A stretch of DNA of 62,960 nucleotides from a virus (IMGVR_UViG_3300021255_000060:1-62960); one strand, 5' to 3'. Positions 50,047-59,386 are shown, counted from the stretch's first letter. The notes: generated from the letters alone by a model not told the origin. Numbers and translations: made by a program.

Positions 50047-51437
50047 TATGCATTATCTTCAATGTCTATTTCTCCTGCGTCCAATGCTTTTTGTTCTTTA
50101 TTTAAATGCCTAAACGTTTTTAGTTTCCAGGCTTCGGAACGCATTTTATCTTGCTTAATAACTATTCCTTCATGCGGAACAGAATTGTTACAATCAGGAG
50201 AATCTAATTCCATATAAAATTTCTTATCATCAGCAAGACGATTTAAGAAATTAGTAAACCAATTTTCATCTTGAATTATATCAGGATATAAATTTTTTGC
50301 ATATCCATAATAAAATTCAGGAACTGCTTTCAAACCATGAGTTTCACACCATACTTGTACTTCTCTTGGTGAAAACTCATGAACTAGTCCATCTACATTC
50401 GTTAGGGTAATGCGATAAACTCTTACTTTAAAATGTTTTTCTGGGGTATATGTTTCTCCCTCTTTTGGAGGAATGCATCCATAATCATAATTTTTCTGAA
50501 TCCATCCACCATTAGGTAAAAATCCAACAATTTCAGCATAAATAGTCATACCCTTAATTAGATAAGGTTTTAAATATTTATCTGCTTGTTCCCAAACATC
50601 TACTCCATAAAATCCAGATGTTACGTTTTGATTAATATATTTATTTTTAATTACTGTTCTAGAAGAATAAACATAATCGTATACTTCTTCATAAGGATTA
50701 AACCCTTTACCAGATACAAAATTACTAATACGTTTTATTAGATTAATTGGCTTTTTAGTAAGCACATATGCAGAAATATGAGAAGTACCATTCCATTTAC
50801 TCGTAATTGAAATTAAATCATTTGGATCTATTGCGTTTGGGCACTTCCTTAATTGAACTGTATCGTAATGTAGTCTAAATTGAGTATCTATAATTCTATC
50901 AAAACGTTTTATCTTCTTTTGTCTGCGGTTATATCGAGATTGAGAATTATTAGAAATTCTTTTTTCAACAATATATTTCTTATTTACCCAAAATTGTTTT
51001 CCGTTGTGCTCTACACTATCAAACTCCAATCCATTTATTAATTCTGAATCTGGAATTTCTTGATTAACAGAATCAACAACCCAATCCAATAAAATTTGAA
51101 TTGGAAGTAAAAAACCTTCAGATATTACACCTCTTAATTTAATTGCTTTAACCCTACCATTATCTTCAAACATTCCAGTCTGTTCTGGATTGGAATTGAG
51201 TTGTCCGTGACGATAGAGATTAGCGAACGAAAGAAATTGAGGATTAATAGTTGAGCTGGTTGGAAAATATACATATTTACCGGGTTTAGAATCAATACCA
51301 ACAATAATATTATATCCATCAACATACGCACATTTTAATTTAGTTACTTCTGGGTCTGAATGAGGGTGGAATTCATTTATTTCTACGATTTTTGCTAAAT
51401 AGTTAATATTAGCATTTTTTGATTTTATAAGTTTCAT
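50046..51437 (-). CDS. RNA ligase (DRB0094/Rnl2-like, N-terminal OB domain)
   Basis: N-terminal LAKIVEI..HPHSD..LKCAYVDGYNIIV. Ligase motifs ITSKWNGTS, TIYAEIVG, EGIVIK, WKLKT. Confidence 0.85.
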   Translation of the reverse strand: MKLIKSKNANINYLAKIVEINEFHPHSDPEVTKLKCAYVDGYNIIVGIDSKPGKYVYFPTSSTINPQFLSFANLYRHGQLNSNPEQTGMFEDNGRVKAIKLRGVISEGFLLPIQILLDWVVDSVNQEIPDSELINGLEFDSVEHNGKQFWVNKKYIVEKRISNNSQSRYNRRQKKIKRFDRIIDTQFRLHYDTVQLRKCPNAIDPNDLISITSKWNGTSHISAYVLTKKPINLIKRISNFVSGKGFNPYEEVYDYVYSSRTVIKNKYINQNVTSGFYGVDVWEQADKYLKPYLIKGMTIYAEIVGFLPNGGWIQKNYDYGCIPPKEGETYTPEKHFKVRVYRITLTNVDGLVHEFSPREVQVWCETHGLKAVPEFYYGYAKNLYPDIIQDENWFTNFLNRLADDKKFYMELDSPDCNNSVPHEGIVIKQDKMRSEAWKLKTFRHLNKEQKALDAGEIDIEDNA

Positions 51438-51441
51438 AAAT

Positions 51442-51545
51442 TTTAAAATTAAGCCTTTTCAGACACTTTGTTATATAAAATGACCTCCTATACCATGTGC
51501 CTATAAAAAGTTCAGCACACGGCACAAGAGGCCTTAAATTTTAAA
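51442..51545 (-). other. Structured RNA element in the RNA-ligase leader
   Basis: 17-bp uninterrupted stem (51531-51515 with 51500-51484) that pairs only on the minus strand via several G-U pairs. Enclosed by an AU-rich outer stem. Confidence 0.6.
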
Positions 51546-51702
51546 TTTTTGACTTTAATTTTTCGACTATATTTTTTAGAGTCAAATATTGACTTTTTAG
51601 AAATATATCATCTGAATTTTCATTTCTAGAATTATCATCAAGATATTCCTTTAAATGTAAATACAGAATTATAATTTCAAATACGCTTAAATTAATTTTC
51701 AT
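51541..51702 (-). CDS. Small hypothetical protein, 53 aa (not in track)
   Basis: MKINLSVFEIIILYLHLKEYLDD..KLKSKI. The ATG overlaps the end of YqeY. Confidence 0.5.
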   Translation of the reverse strand: MKINLSVFEIIILYLHLKEYLDDNSRNENSDDIFLKSQYLTLKNIVEKLKSKI

Positions 51703-52126
51703 TTATAAAGTCTAAAATTATTTGAGAATCAATCTTTTGTCCGAATTTTTCAACACATGCATCTTGAAACTTTTTAAATGAAGATTTTTGTTTAGGTATA
51801 TCAAGTTTATTTAAAAAGTCAACAACTTGTGTCTTACTTGGTTCTGGCGGAAGATAGTTATTTAATAAATTCAATTCTGTATTTTCCTGAATCCACAAGT
51901 CATTTCTACCTTCCGACAAATAAAGACTTGCGTTATCACTTCTTTCTTTATACATACTTCTAAGAATATCTATTGCTGACAATTTATTATTCTTAGAAGC
52001 GATGTAGTTAAAATCAGATTTAATGTTTCTTAATCCGGTTAATTTATTTTCATTTTTAGATAACCCCAAAAGCATTTCCTGCTTAATAGCTTCATCTATA
52101 TACGAAATAAATTCAATGTTATTCAT
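51692..52126 (-). CDS. GatB/YqeY-domain protein
   Basis: IKQEML..LRNIKSDF..ILRSMYKERSDNASLY..GRNDL..E..ELNLLNNYLP follows the YqeY pattern. Confidence 0.75.
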   Translation of the reverse strand: MNNIEFISYIDEAIKQEMLLGLSKNENKLTGLRNIKSDFNYIASKNNKLSAIDILRSMYKERSDNASLYLSEGRNDLWIQENTELNLLNNYLPPEPSKTQVVDFLNKLDIPKQKSSFKKFQDACVEKFGQKIDSQIILDFINEN

Positions 52127-52529
52127 TTGCTTTTTTCCAAAGAGTTTGTTTATCTACCGTAGGATTGTACACGTTGTCTATAATCTTTTCTGCAATTTCA
52201 TCACTAAAGATATAACCCAATAGATCATAAACAATATTCCATAATTTTTGAATCATAGGAGTATTTATAATATTCACTCCAAGATCTTCCAACTTTTCTT
52301 CTTCTGTACGAACAAATTCCAAATCATTAAGAAGAGCCAAAAACTCTTTCTCGTTCATAATAGAATTTACATATTCTTCAGTCTCTGACTTCTTATCCTC
52401 TTGTTTAGTGATTTCCTTTTCAGCTTCTGCAATTGCATCATCAAAAGCCTGCGGTCCAGCAAAATGAATAAGCATTTTTACAAATGGATCGTTTTTAAAA
52501 TTCTTAATGTCTTCTTCAGTAAATTTCAT
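52119..52529 (-). CDS. Hypothetical protein
   Basis: 136 aa acidic helical ORF. Confidence 0.65.
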   Translation of the reverse strand: MKFTEEDIKNFKNDPFVKMLIHFAGPQAFDDAIAEAEKEITKQEDKKSETEEYVNSIMNEKEFLALLNDLEFVRTEEEKLEDLGVNIINTPMIQKLWNIVYDLLGYIFSDEIAEKIIDNVYNPTVDKQTLWKKANE

Positions 52530-52547
52530 AATTGTTTTATTTTAAAG

Positions 52548-53729
52548 TTAATCTAAATCCTTCTCCCAACGAACACTTCTAAAAGATGGGAGATTTGGAA
52601 CAGGATGCTCTGTATTAGTCATACCAAAGTATTTTACAGTTCCCATCTGTCCAATTATTTCATCCAAATGGTTTCTATATCATTCTTTTAGTGCTCTATC
52701 ACCAATAGGTTTTGCTTTAAATTGAGTACCATCTGGCATCTCCATTACAAAACACATGTCTTCATCACGTAAACCTTCTGCAAGTCCAACTATCTTAAAT
52801 TCTGCATCATTAAAGATTTTTATTTTCATCATTCGATTGTCTCTTGCTCCAGGTTTATACTCTTTTTCTGGATCTCTTACAACTAATCCTTCATATCCTT
52901 TAGAGATGGCTTCATCATGCATTTGCATGATTTGGTCCAATCCTTTCACAGGTCTATGTTCCACGAATACAATTCTGGAGTCAGATGGTCTATCTTTTGC
53001 AAGTTCTCCAAGTTTTTTCGCTCTGAGCTTAAATGGAGTTTGTGTATCAACGATATCATAACAATGAAATACAAGTTCTTTATGCGCATCTACAAGTTCT
53101 TCACGTCTGCATAGTCCACTAATTGTTTGAAGATTTCAGAAATGTCGATATATTTCACCATCTAGAATCATTCCAGGATTCTCTGTAAGAATCTGAATAA
53201 CATATGGATCTTCTCGAATATATGTTGCAGGAATATCATAATCTTGACCACCTCTAGAAGAAGTATGAACTTCACCATCATGCATAAACAACAAACAACG
53301 TACACCGTCATGTTTATAACTTGCCAATCATTGCTTATCTGTCTGTGATGACTTGTCTCTATCCATAACTTTACATAGTTGAGGTTTAATTACTCCATTT
53401 TGATCTGTGTTGTCAATAGGAAGTGCGTTTTCTGCAGACTCTAAAGTGAGTTCTTCTATACCAAGGTCTTTAATGTTTTTATATCCTTTATCAAGATATT
53501 TTTTAAGTTCACTATTATATTGTAAAATACCTTGTTCGGTAACAGTTCTTGAAGCTTTACCTCTGTGAATCTCTATTACTGGAGCTATAACTTGTTTACC
53601 ATCTAATAAGCCACTTGATCTTTCAATTACATATGCGTGTAAATCGTCAGATCAACTAAGGGAAATATCGACTCTACGAATTTTTCCCTTAGCGTCTCTG
53701 CATATAAGTGTGTCTTGTGCTTTAGCCAT
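52548..53729 (-). CDS. ATP-dependent DNA ligase (393 aa; 4 TGA=Trp)
   Basis: ATG 53729 coupled to the dUTPase stop. Q(W)LASYKHDGVRC (KxDGxR), LDGEIY, YEGLVVR, MMKIK. Track fragments 53136-53327 and 52680-52964 are in frame. Ends TAA 52550-52548. Confidence 0.92.
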
Positions 53730-54175
53730 TATTTTATTCCACTGTGACCAAATCCTCCCATTCCTCTATCAGTAGAAGAAAGTTCATCTAATGTATTAAC
53801 TGGTACCCAATTAATCTGAGGGACTTGATTTATAACTAACTGAGCAATTCTATCTCCATGAAGAACAGCAAAATCTTCATCTCCTAGATTCATAAGAATA
53901 ACACCAATGCCATTTCTATAATCAGAATCTATTGTACCAGGAGAATTCAACACAAATACTCGTTTCTTAGCTGCAAGTCCACTTCTTGAGCGTACTTGAA
54001 TCTCATAACCTACTGGAATTTCTACATGCAAACCAGTTGGAATAATTGCACATTTTCCAGGTTTGATTATAACAGTTTGGTCTAAACTTGCTCTAACGTC
54101 CATTCCAGCAGAACCAATTGTTTCGTATTTGGGAAGTTCATTACTTCCAGCATTGTAAATTTTTACATCAATCAT
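53729..54175 (-). CDS. dut: dUTPase (trimeric)
   Basis: GSAGMDVRA, RSRSGLAAK, PGTIDSDYR, GDRIAQLV, RGMGGFGHSG. Confidence 0.96.
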   Translation of the reverse strand: MIDVKIYNAGSNELPKYETIGSAGMDVRASLDQTVIIKPGKCAIIPTGLHVEIPVGYEIQVRSRSGLAAKKRVFVLNSPGTIDSDYRNGIGVILMNLGDEDFAVLHGDRIAQLVINQVPQINWVPVNTLDELSSTDRGMGGFGHSGIK

Positions 54176-54393
54176 TATACTTCATTTTCATCAACATAAA
54201 TCTTATCTTTACTAAATCTATCATACCTCCAATTAGCAATAACAAGATCATCTTCAACAAGCATCCAAGAAACTTCAGATTCTTTGTAGCCTAATACATT
54301 ATATACGAAATCAGAGTAATCGTCAATATCATCAGGGACACTTCTTACAATATCAACATCTCCAAGTTCATAATTAAGAACAATTAACACCAT
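54175..54393 (-). CDS. Small acidic hypothetical protein (paralog pair, copy 2)
   Basis: 72 aa. LNYELGDVDI..LGYKESEVSWML. Confidence 0.6.
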   Translation of the reverse strand: MVLIVLNYELGDVDIVRSVPDDIDDYSDFVYNVLGYKESEVSWMLVEDDLVIANWRYDRFSKDKIYVDENEV

Positions 54394-54602
54394 ACTGGAT
54401 AAATATCATCGGTTTCTTCATCATATCTAAATGCCTCAAATGATGGCTTTTTATCAAATACATACCAATCAATATGGTCTATATCATATCCAAGTGAAGA
54501 AATAAATTCTTCTTGTCCATCAAGTTCTTCTAATGCTGGAATATTGCTAGCATTAATTAAATCACAACTGCCAGCAATATAATTAACTATCAGTATCCAC
54601 AT
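54384..54602 (-). CDS. Small acidic hypothetical protein (paralog pair, copy 1)
   Basis: 72 aa. VNYIAGSCDL..LGYDIDHIDWYV. Confidence 0.6.
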   Translation of the reverse strand: MWILIVNYIAGSCDLINASNIPALEELDGQEEFISSLGYDIDHIDWYVFDKKPSFEAFRYDEETDDIYPVWC

Positions 54603-54801
54603 TTTTCTTTACATATAATGTACAATGACATGTGTCGCTCTCTCTATACTCAAGGCAAGGACACATTCTATCTTCTCTTGTTTTCCCTGGGTTTACACAA
54701 GGACACTCTCCACCGTTTATTTCACAACGCTTCAAAATAGCATTAACCACTTTATCGTTAGGATTTAAATCCCAGCCTTCTTTTCTAAGAATTTGAATCA
54801 T
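54583..54801 (-). CDS. Ferredoxin-thioredoxin reductase catalytic-chain-like protein (72 aa)
   Basis: Start chosen at ATG 54801. GWDLNPNDKVVNAILKRCEINGGECPC..RMCPC..TCHCTLY gives the CPC/CPC/CHC FTR pattern. Confidence 0.75.
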   Translation of the reverse strand: MIQILRKEGWDLNPNDKVVNAILKRCEINGGECPCVNPGKTREDRMCPCLEYRESDTCHCTLYVKKNVDTDS

Positions 54802-55258
54802 TTTTCCAAAATTTATAGGTAATATCTTGAAATTTATTTTCAGAGTCTCTGCAATAGAATTTCTGATTTGTAGTTTTCTTATTAATTGGACCACATTCTT
54901 CTTTATATGGGCCAATTTTAATATAATTCAAACAATCTGGAACGTCCTCTGGTATGGAAGATCTTCCTGTATACCATGCTATTTTTAAATGTTTAAAAAG
55001 CATTGGTATAAATTTAAATAGATTATATAGTTCTTCCAAGTCAGAATCTCCACCCATAAAACAAATACAAGTAATACCATCGTTTTTATTTACCAAATCT
55101 ATTAATTTTCCCACACTCAATCACTCTCCAATATCTTCTCAAAGTTCTTTACTGTGACAACCTGGACAATGGTATGGACAATTTGATATATCTATACATA
55201 ACGTAACTTCATCAGGAACTTCTGAAAAAGTCACCAAACTATCAGTATATTTTAACAT
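54785..55258 (-). CDS. nrdG: Anaerobic ribonucleotide reductase activating protein (radical SAM; 2 TGA=Trp)
   Basis: FSEVPDEVTLCIDISNCPYHCPGCHSKEL(W)EDIGE(W)L, CICFMGGD, IAWYTG, IKIGPY. Adjacent to nrdD. Confidence 0.92.
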
Positions 55259-57405
55259 TTTAAATTATTTGCTGGATGATAAATCCTAGTTAACGCTTCT
55301 TTATATCGTTCTTTATCAAACTTTGGTACCGGTCGCAAATAACCAATAATTCTTGTTCAGTCTGTAGTTTCTTTACTTCCACATTTTGGACAAATATCAA
55401 AATGATGTTTTTCTATATGTCCACATTTATCACATTGACAATTTGGAATGTTAAATGTAAAATAAGAACACCCTACTTTGATGGCATAACCAATCAAATA
55501 TTCATATTGTTTTTGCGAAAGATGTTCACTAAGATTACAATGTAATCCAACTCCTCCATCAAGAGTACCAGTGAATTCACGTCCATGTAGTTTAAATCTA
55601 TCAAGAATAGAGGTATCTGGATCAGAAGCAAGATAAAAATAAGAGTTGTAGAGATTTCTGTTAGAAGGAACCCAATAACCATCCTCTTTATCTCAGTTAT
55701 AGTTCTTAGACGACAAACTCTCAGCAGGAACAAATTCTGTATTAAATTGATATTTACTTGTAGAATTTTTACGATTTAATTCAGAGATTGTGCTAGTTAT
55801 TAATTGACAGAACTTCTTATAATCATCATTATATGAACATTTAAGTCCGAGAAATTCTGCTGCTTCATTAATTCCGTTTAATCCAACAGTAGAATAGAGT
55901 TTAGACATTGTTATATATCCAGCCTTACTTGCTGTAAACATTCCATTTGCTTCTCATTCATATAACATTGTTTTATATGCAATATGATATTTGTGAACTC
56001 TTTCTACTACCTCTGTTAATAGATTTTTAATTCTTACATATGGAGGAATACTAGAATCAAATTCGGGTCCTCTACACGCATCTTGAGTTAATCGATTAAG
56101 ATTAATTGTAATTACATTACATGAACCAGTCTGAACTCCAGTTAAACCATTAGTGAATGAGAAAACATTCTCATTAATTTGATTACGTAAACGACAGCAT
56201 GATGCTAAACTATCAGGATTATCTGAAAGATATGTAAAGAAACTATGCCCGGCTGCATACATTTCTGTAGTAAGATCCTTATATGCTTTATCAATGACAT
56301 CTTCTCCATTTGTAAGCAAGGCCATTGTTTCTACAGGAAATGTTAACAATGTTTCACTTCTAGCATTATTGAATCAATGAATAAATAATCTTTGAAGATA
56401 ATCTATTCTTCTCCATTTAGGTTGTGTTCCATCAGGAAAATAAAAATCATCAAATAATGCATGCCAATAGTTTTCATCGTAATAAGAAATATTAGTAAAT
56501 GGTGATTGAGCTCCTCTGTTACCTGCGGGTTGATTTCAATTAAATACAACGTGTTGGAACTGTTGTTTGATTTTATCCTCAATAGTATCAGGATGATCAA
56601 ACAATTCTGGATTATCAACAAATGTATCTTTCTTTAAATCATAATCTTCACCATAGTCTTTAGCTGCATAATAATCGAAAAAATTAAAGAATTCTCCGAA
56701 TGCTACTGCACCTTTACATTGTGATGCAAGTAAAAATGTAGCATTCACAAGTTGTCCACAGAAAGAATCTAAGTGTTTTGGTGCTTTAGTACTTGTTCCA
56801 TCTAGTGTACCAGTTCCATTTAGCAAAGGATAAAGTGTAACTGCCTCACAATAATTTTTTATTACAGGAGTAGACGCTTCATCATGTGTATAAATTAAAT
56901 GACTTTCTAAGTCCTTTAAATATTGATCCGCCAATTCTTTTCCGTATAATTTTTCAATGGAATCATATGTCATAATCCTTTGTGTTTTACGATTTTGTGG
57001 TTTATATACTTCTGATTCCATATTTGCAACATTCTTCAAATTCATATTTGCATTTGGATCTGTTGCACTTGATGTTGCCGCATTCTCTCCATTTAATTGA
57101 TAATCCTTCATATATTTGATGTGTTCACGAAGAATTCTTTCTTCAGTATGTTTGTCTCTGTAAACAATATATGCTCTAGCAACATCATACCATTTATGCT
57201 CCATTAAAGATTTTTCGACAAAATCTTGAATCTCTTCAACTGTTTTATCTTCTTTAAATGTGAAACAAAGAGTCTCCAGATAATTTATAAGACTGTCTGG
57301 AGCATCAGTCTGTTCAACCGCTTTAAATGCTTTGTTTACAGCATTTTTAATTTTTTGAAAGTCAAACGGTTCAACACTTCCGTTACGTTTAATGACATTT
57401 ATCAT
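55252..57405 (-). CDS. nrdD: Anaerobic ribonucleoside-triphosphate reductase, class III (717 aa; 5 TGA=Trp)
   Basis: ATP-cone VIKRNGSVEPFD, LTFPVET, LASCCRL, KNYN(W)DKEDGY, Zn-site CxxC motifs, and glycyl-radical D(W)TRIIGYLRP. Ends TAA 55254-55252. Confidence 0.95.
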
Positions 57406-57406
57406 A

Positions 57407-58174
57407 TTACTTCAATAGATTAAATAAAGAGTCTACAAGTAAAGTCTTTTCATACTTTGCCATAATATCTTTATTATCATCAGTAATGATTTGAGTAAAT
57501 GCATTATAATAGTTAAATACACTACATTCTTCTGTATCTTTTACATAATATGGAGATCTGGAATCCATATATACCATTTGAAAAGCTTTTACACACATTG
57601 CACTAGAAATTTTTGCTTTACCTCCACTATTATTCCATTCTAGTGTCATTGCTTTTTCAATTTGCTCTCCAAGTACACGATGTACTGAATCTGGATCTCT
57701 ATCCAAGAATGTGTTTTTCATATTCTTTAATCTGACTTCGAGATCATTCGTTTGTTCCATCAAATTTCGAATAGAATATTTAAAGTTTTCTCCTGGTTGA
57801 AGTTCTTCAACCTTAAGCCAGTCTGGGTTAAATACGCATAGGTTTGTGCATGCACGATTAAGAGAACCTCTATAGACTTTATATACTGGGGTTCTTACAT
57901 CCAATCCATATAAAAGACTATATACTTCATCGTGATTATCAATACAATATTTATCCGGCATTACTGCCTGAATCCAGACTCTATTATAAGTCATATCCTC
58001 ATCACCATCAGTTAATGTAATTTGATCTGGCGTCTGGACATTTACTATAAACTTATCTGTAAATTTTGACATTTCGTCAAAGAATGGCTGAACATAATCA
58101 GCCGTGGGAAGATATTCTTTTCCCTTTATAATTGTAGGTTTGCCTTTAAGCAGCAATTCCGGTGTAATTTCCAT
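57407..58174 (-). CDS. Conserved crAss-like hypothetical protein
   Basis: 255 aa intact ORF. LLKGKPTIIKGKEYLPTADYVQPF..TYNRVWIQAV is recalled as conserved in crAss replication regions. Confidence 0.65.
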   Translation of the reverse strand: MEITPELLLKGKPTIIKGKEYLPTADYVQPFFDEMSKFTDKFIVNVQTPDQITLTDGDEDMTYNRVWIQAVMPDKYCIDNHDEVYSLLYGLDVRTPVYKVYRGSLNRACTNLCVFNPDWLKVEELQPGENFKYSIRNLMEQTNDLEVRLKNMKNTFLDRDPDSVHRVLGEQIEKAMTLEWNNSGGKAKISSAMCVKAFQMVYMDSRSPYYVKDTEECSVFNYYNAFTQIITDDNKDIMAKYEKTLLVDSLFNLLK

Positions 58175-58625
58175 TTATATAAACATTAATCATTCTTTCA
58201 TACTTTCTCTCACGTCTTTTATTTATGAGAGAAACTCCATCTCAATCTTGACCAATTTTAGATAACGGTTGTTTTGCATTTAATATTAGAAGAGCCTCTA
58301 TTATATGTGCTTCAGTCTTTGTTAAACCCATTGCGAATATTCTACAAGTTCATCCTGGGCCAATTGCTTTTGCTAAATTATCATTTCTATGATTAAATGG
58401 TCTAGATTTTTTTCATTCTGTCATTTTATGGGAAGTTAAATCATAATATCTTCCCATACCATAATAACAAGCGATTTTCATTTGATTTTCGAAGATATAT
58501 ACACAATATCCTCTATCAGATGATTCTTCTCTTGTTTTAAATATTTTTGTTACGTCTATTGTTCGATTAAGATCGACAGCATATCCCGCCGTAAATGGGT
58601 GTAATATCGGTAATTTAACCTGCAT
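58146..58625 (-). CDS. GIY-YIG nuclease-family protein (159 aa; 3 TGA=Trp)
   Basis: ATG 58625. GYCVYIF..CYYGMGR..H..MGLTKTEAHIIEALLI..LINKRRE. The frame continues through three TGAs to TAA 58148-58146. Confidence 0.7.
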
Positions 58626-58631
58626 AATAGA

Positions 58632-58670
58632 TAAAAAAATAAGGCCAGGCATCAACAAGATACCCGGCCT
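58632..58670 (-). terminator. Intrinsic terminator (minus strand)
   Basis: aggccgggtatc-ttgtt-gatgcctggcct (G-U pairs work only on the minus strand) followed by tattttttt. Confidence 0.85.
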
Positions 58671-58697
58671 ATTTTACATTGTTAATCAGCCGATTAA

Positions 58698-59222
58698 TTA
58701 AAACTGGCGTTCGTTACCAAAGACGATATAAGTACCTTCCTTGGTGTTAGTAGAAGGAACATAGTCAAGGGTGAAAGCGAGATCCTTACCCTCAGTGACG
58801 TGATAAACGATAACGCACTCAAGATCAGTCTTGAGATCAACCATGGCCTTCTTTGCTTTCTTCTCAGCTTCATCCTTCTTGGAAGCGGTGAGAACAACAG
58901 CACCATTGTCCTTACGACGGACTTCGTAAACGCGCTCAATATTCTTGCGACCCTCGACCACATTATTTGTGTACTTATACGGACGCTCGCGGGTGTCAGC
59001 ACTACCACCTGCTACAACAACCATAAGACCAACACCCTCGGCACTGGCAAGATGATTCTTCTGGAGAGAATCAATAGCAAACTCCTTAAAGGACTTGTCA
59101 GTAGTTGGAGAACCTGCATTCTTCCAAGACATAGTAACATTACGGACAACAGTCATACCAAGATCAGCGGCCTTAGCCTTTGCCTCCTCCATAGAGAAAG
59201 CCTTAATTTCAAAACGCTTCAT
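58698..59222 (-). CDS. Conserved, highly expressed crAss-like protein of unknown function
   Basis: 174 aa. ADTRERPYK..LAFTLDYVPSTNTKEGTYIVFG. Strong high-expression codon bias. Has its own promoter and terminator. Confidence 0.8.
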   Translation of the reverse strand: MKRFEIKAFSMEEAKAKAADLGMTVVRNVTMSWKNAGSPTTDKSFKEFAIDSLQKNHLASAEGVGLMVVVAGGSADTRERPYKYTNNVVEGRKNIERVYEVRRKDNGAVVLTASKKDEAEKKAKKAMVDLKTDLECVIVYHVTEGKDLAFTLDYVPSTNTKEGTYIVFGNERQF

Positions 59223-59338
59223 AAATCAATTAATTTTTAAAACATTAGTTCAATAGGAGTTCTTTAACCATCCCTACCTCCTTTAAAGGGATTTTGATTC
59301 CGTCAACAATTTATTTGTATCTTTCGGAATCAACAATA

Positions 59339-59369
59339 CAAAGATACAAATAATTTTTTTAAAAACAAA
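59339..59369 (-). promoter_or_regulatory. Bacteroidota sigmaA-type promoter (minus strand)
   Basis: TTTG (59369-59366), 19 nt, TATCTTTG (59346-59339). Confidence 0.8.
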
Positions 59370-59386
59370 ATAAAATTTAAAAAATT

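Noticed and set aside
51580-51594. Palindrome agtcaa-ata-ttgact as operator or promoter
   Set aside because: It lies inside the 53-aa ORF, is short and AT-rich, and does not match TAnnTTTG exactly.
54802-54915. N-terminal extension of the FTR-like ORF given in the track (start 54915)
   Set aside because: It overlaps nrdG in another frame. ATG 54801 gives the usual FTR-like length and coupling to the nrdG stop.
29869-57405. Introns or inteins in vRNAP, nrdD or ligase (common in some crAss clades)
   Set aside because: With TGA=Trp these genes are continuous. nrdD and ligase have normal lengths, and I saw no intein termini or LAGLIDADG motifs.
3545-58625. TGA as glycine (code 25) or selenocysteine
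   Set aside because: TGA sits at family-conserved Trp positions in NrdG, NrdD, ligase and Tstab, not at Gly or catalytic Cys sites, and is far too frequent for Sec.
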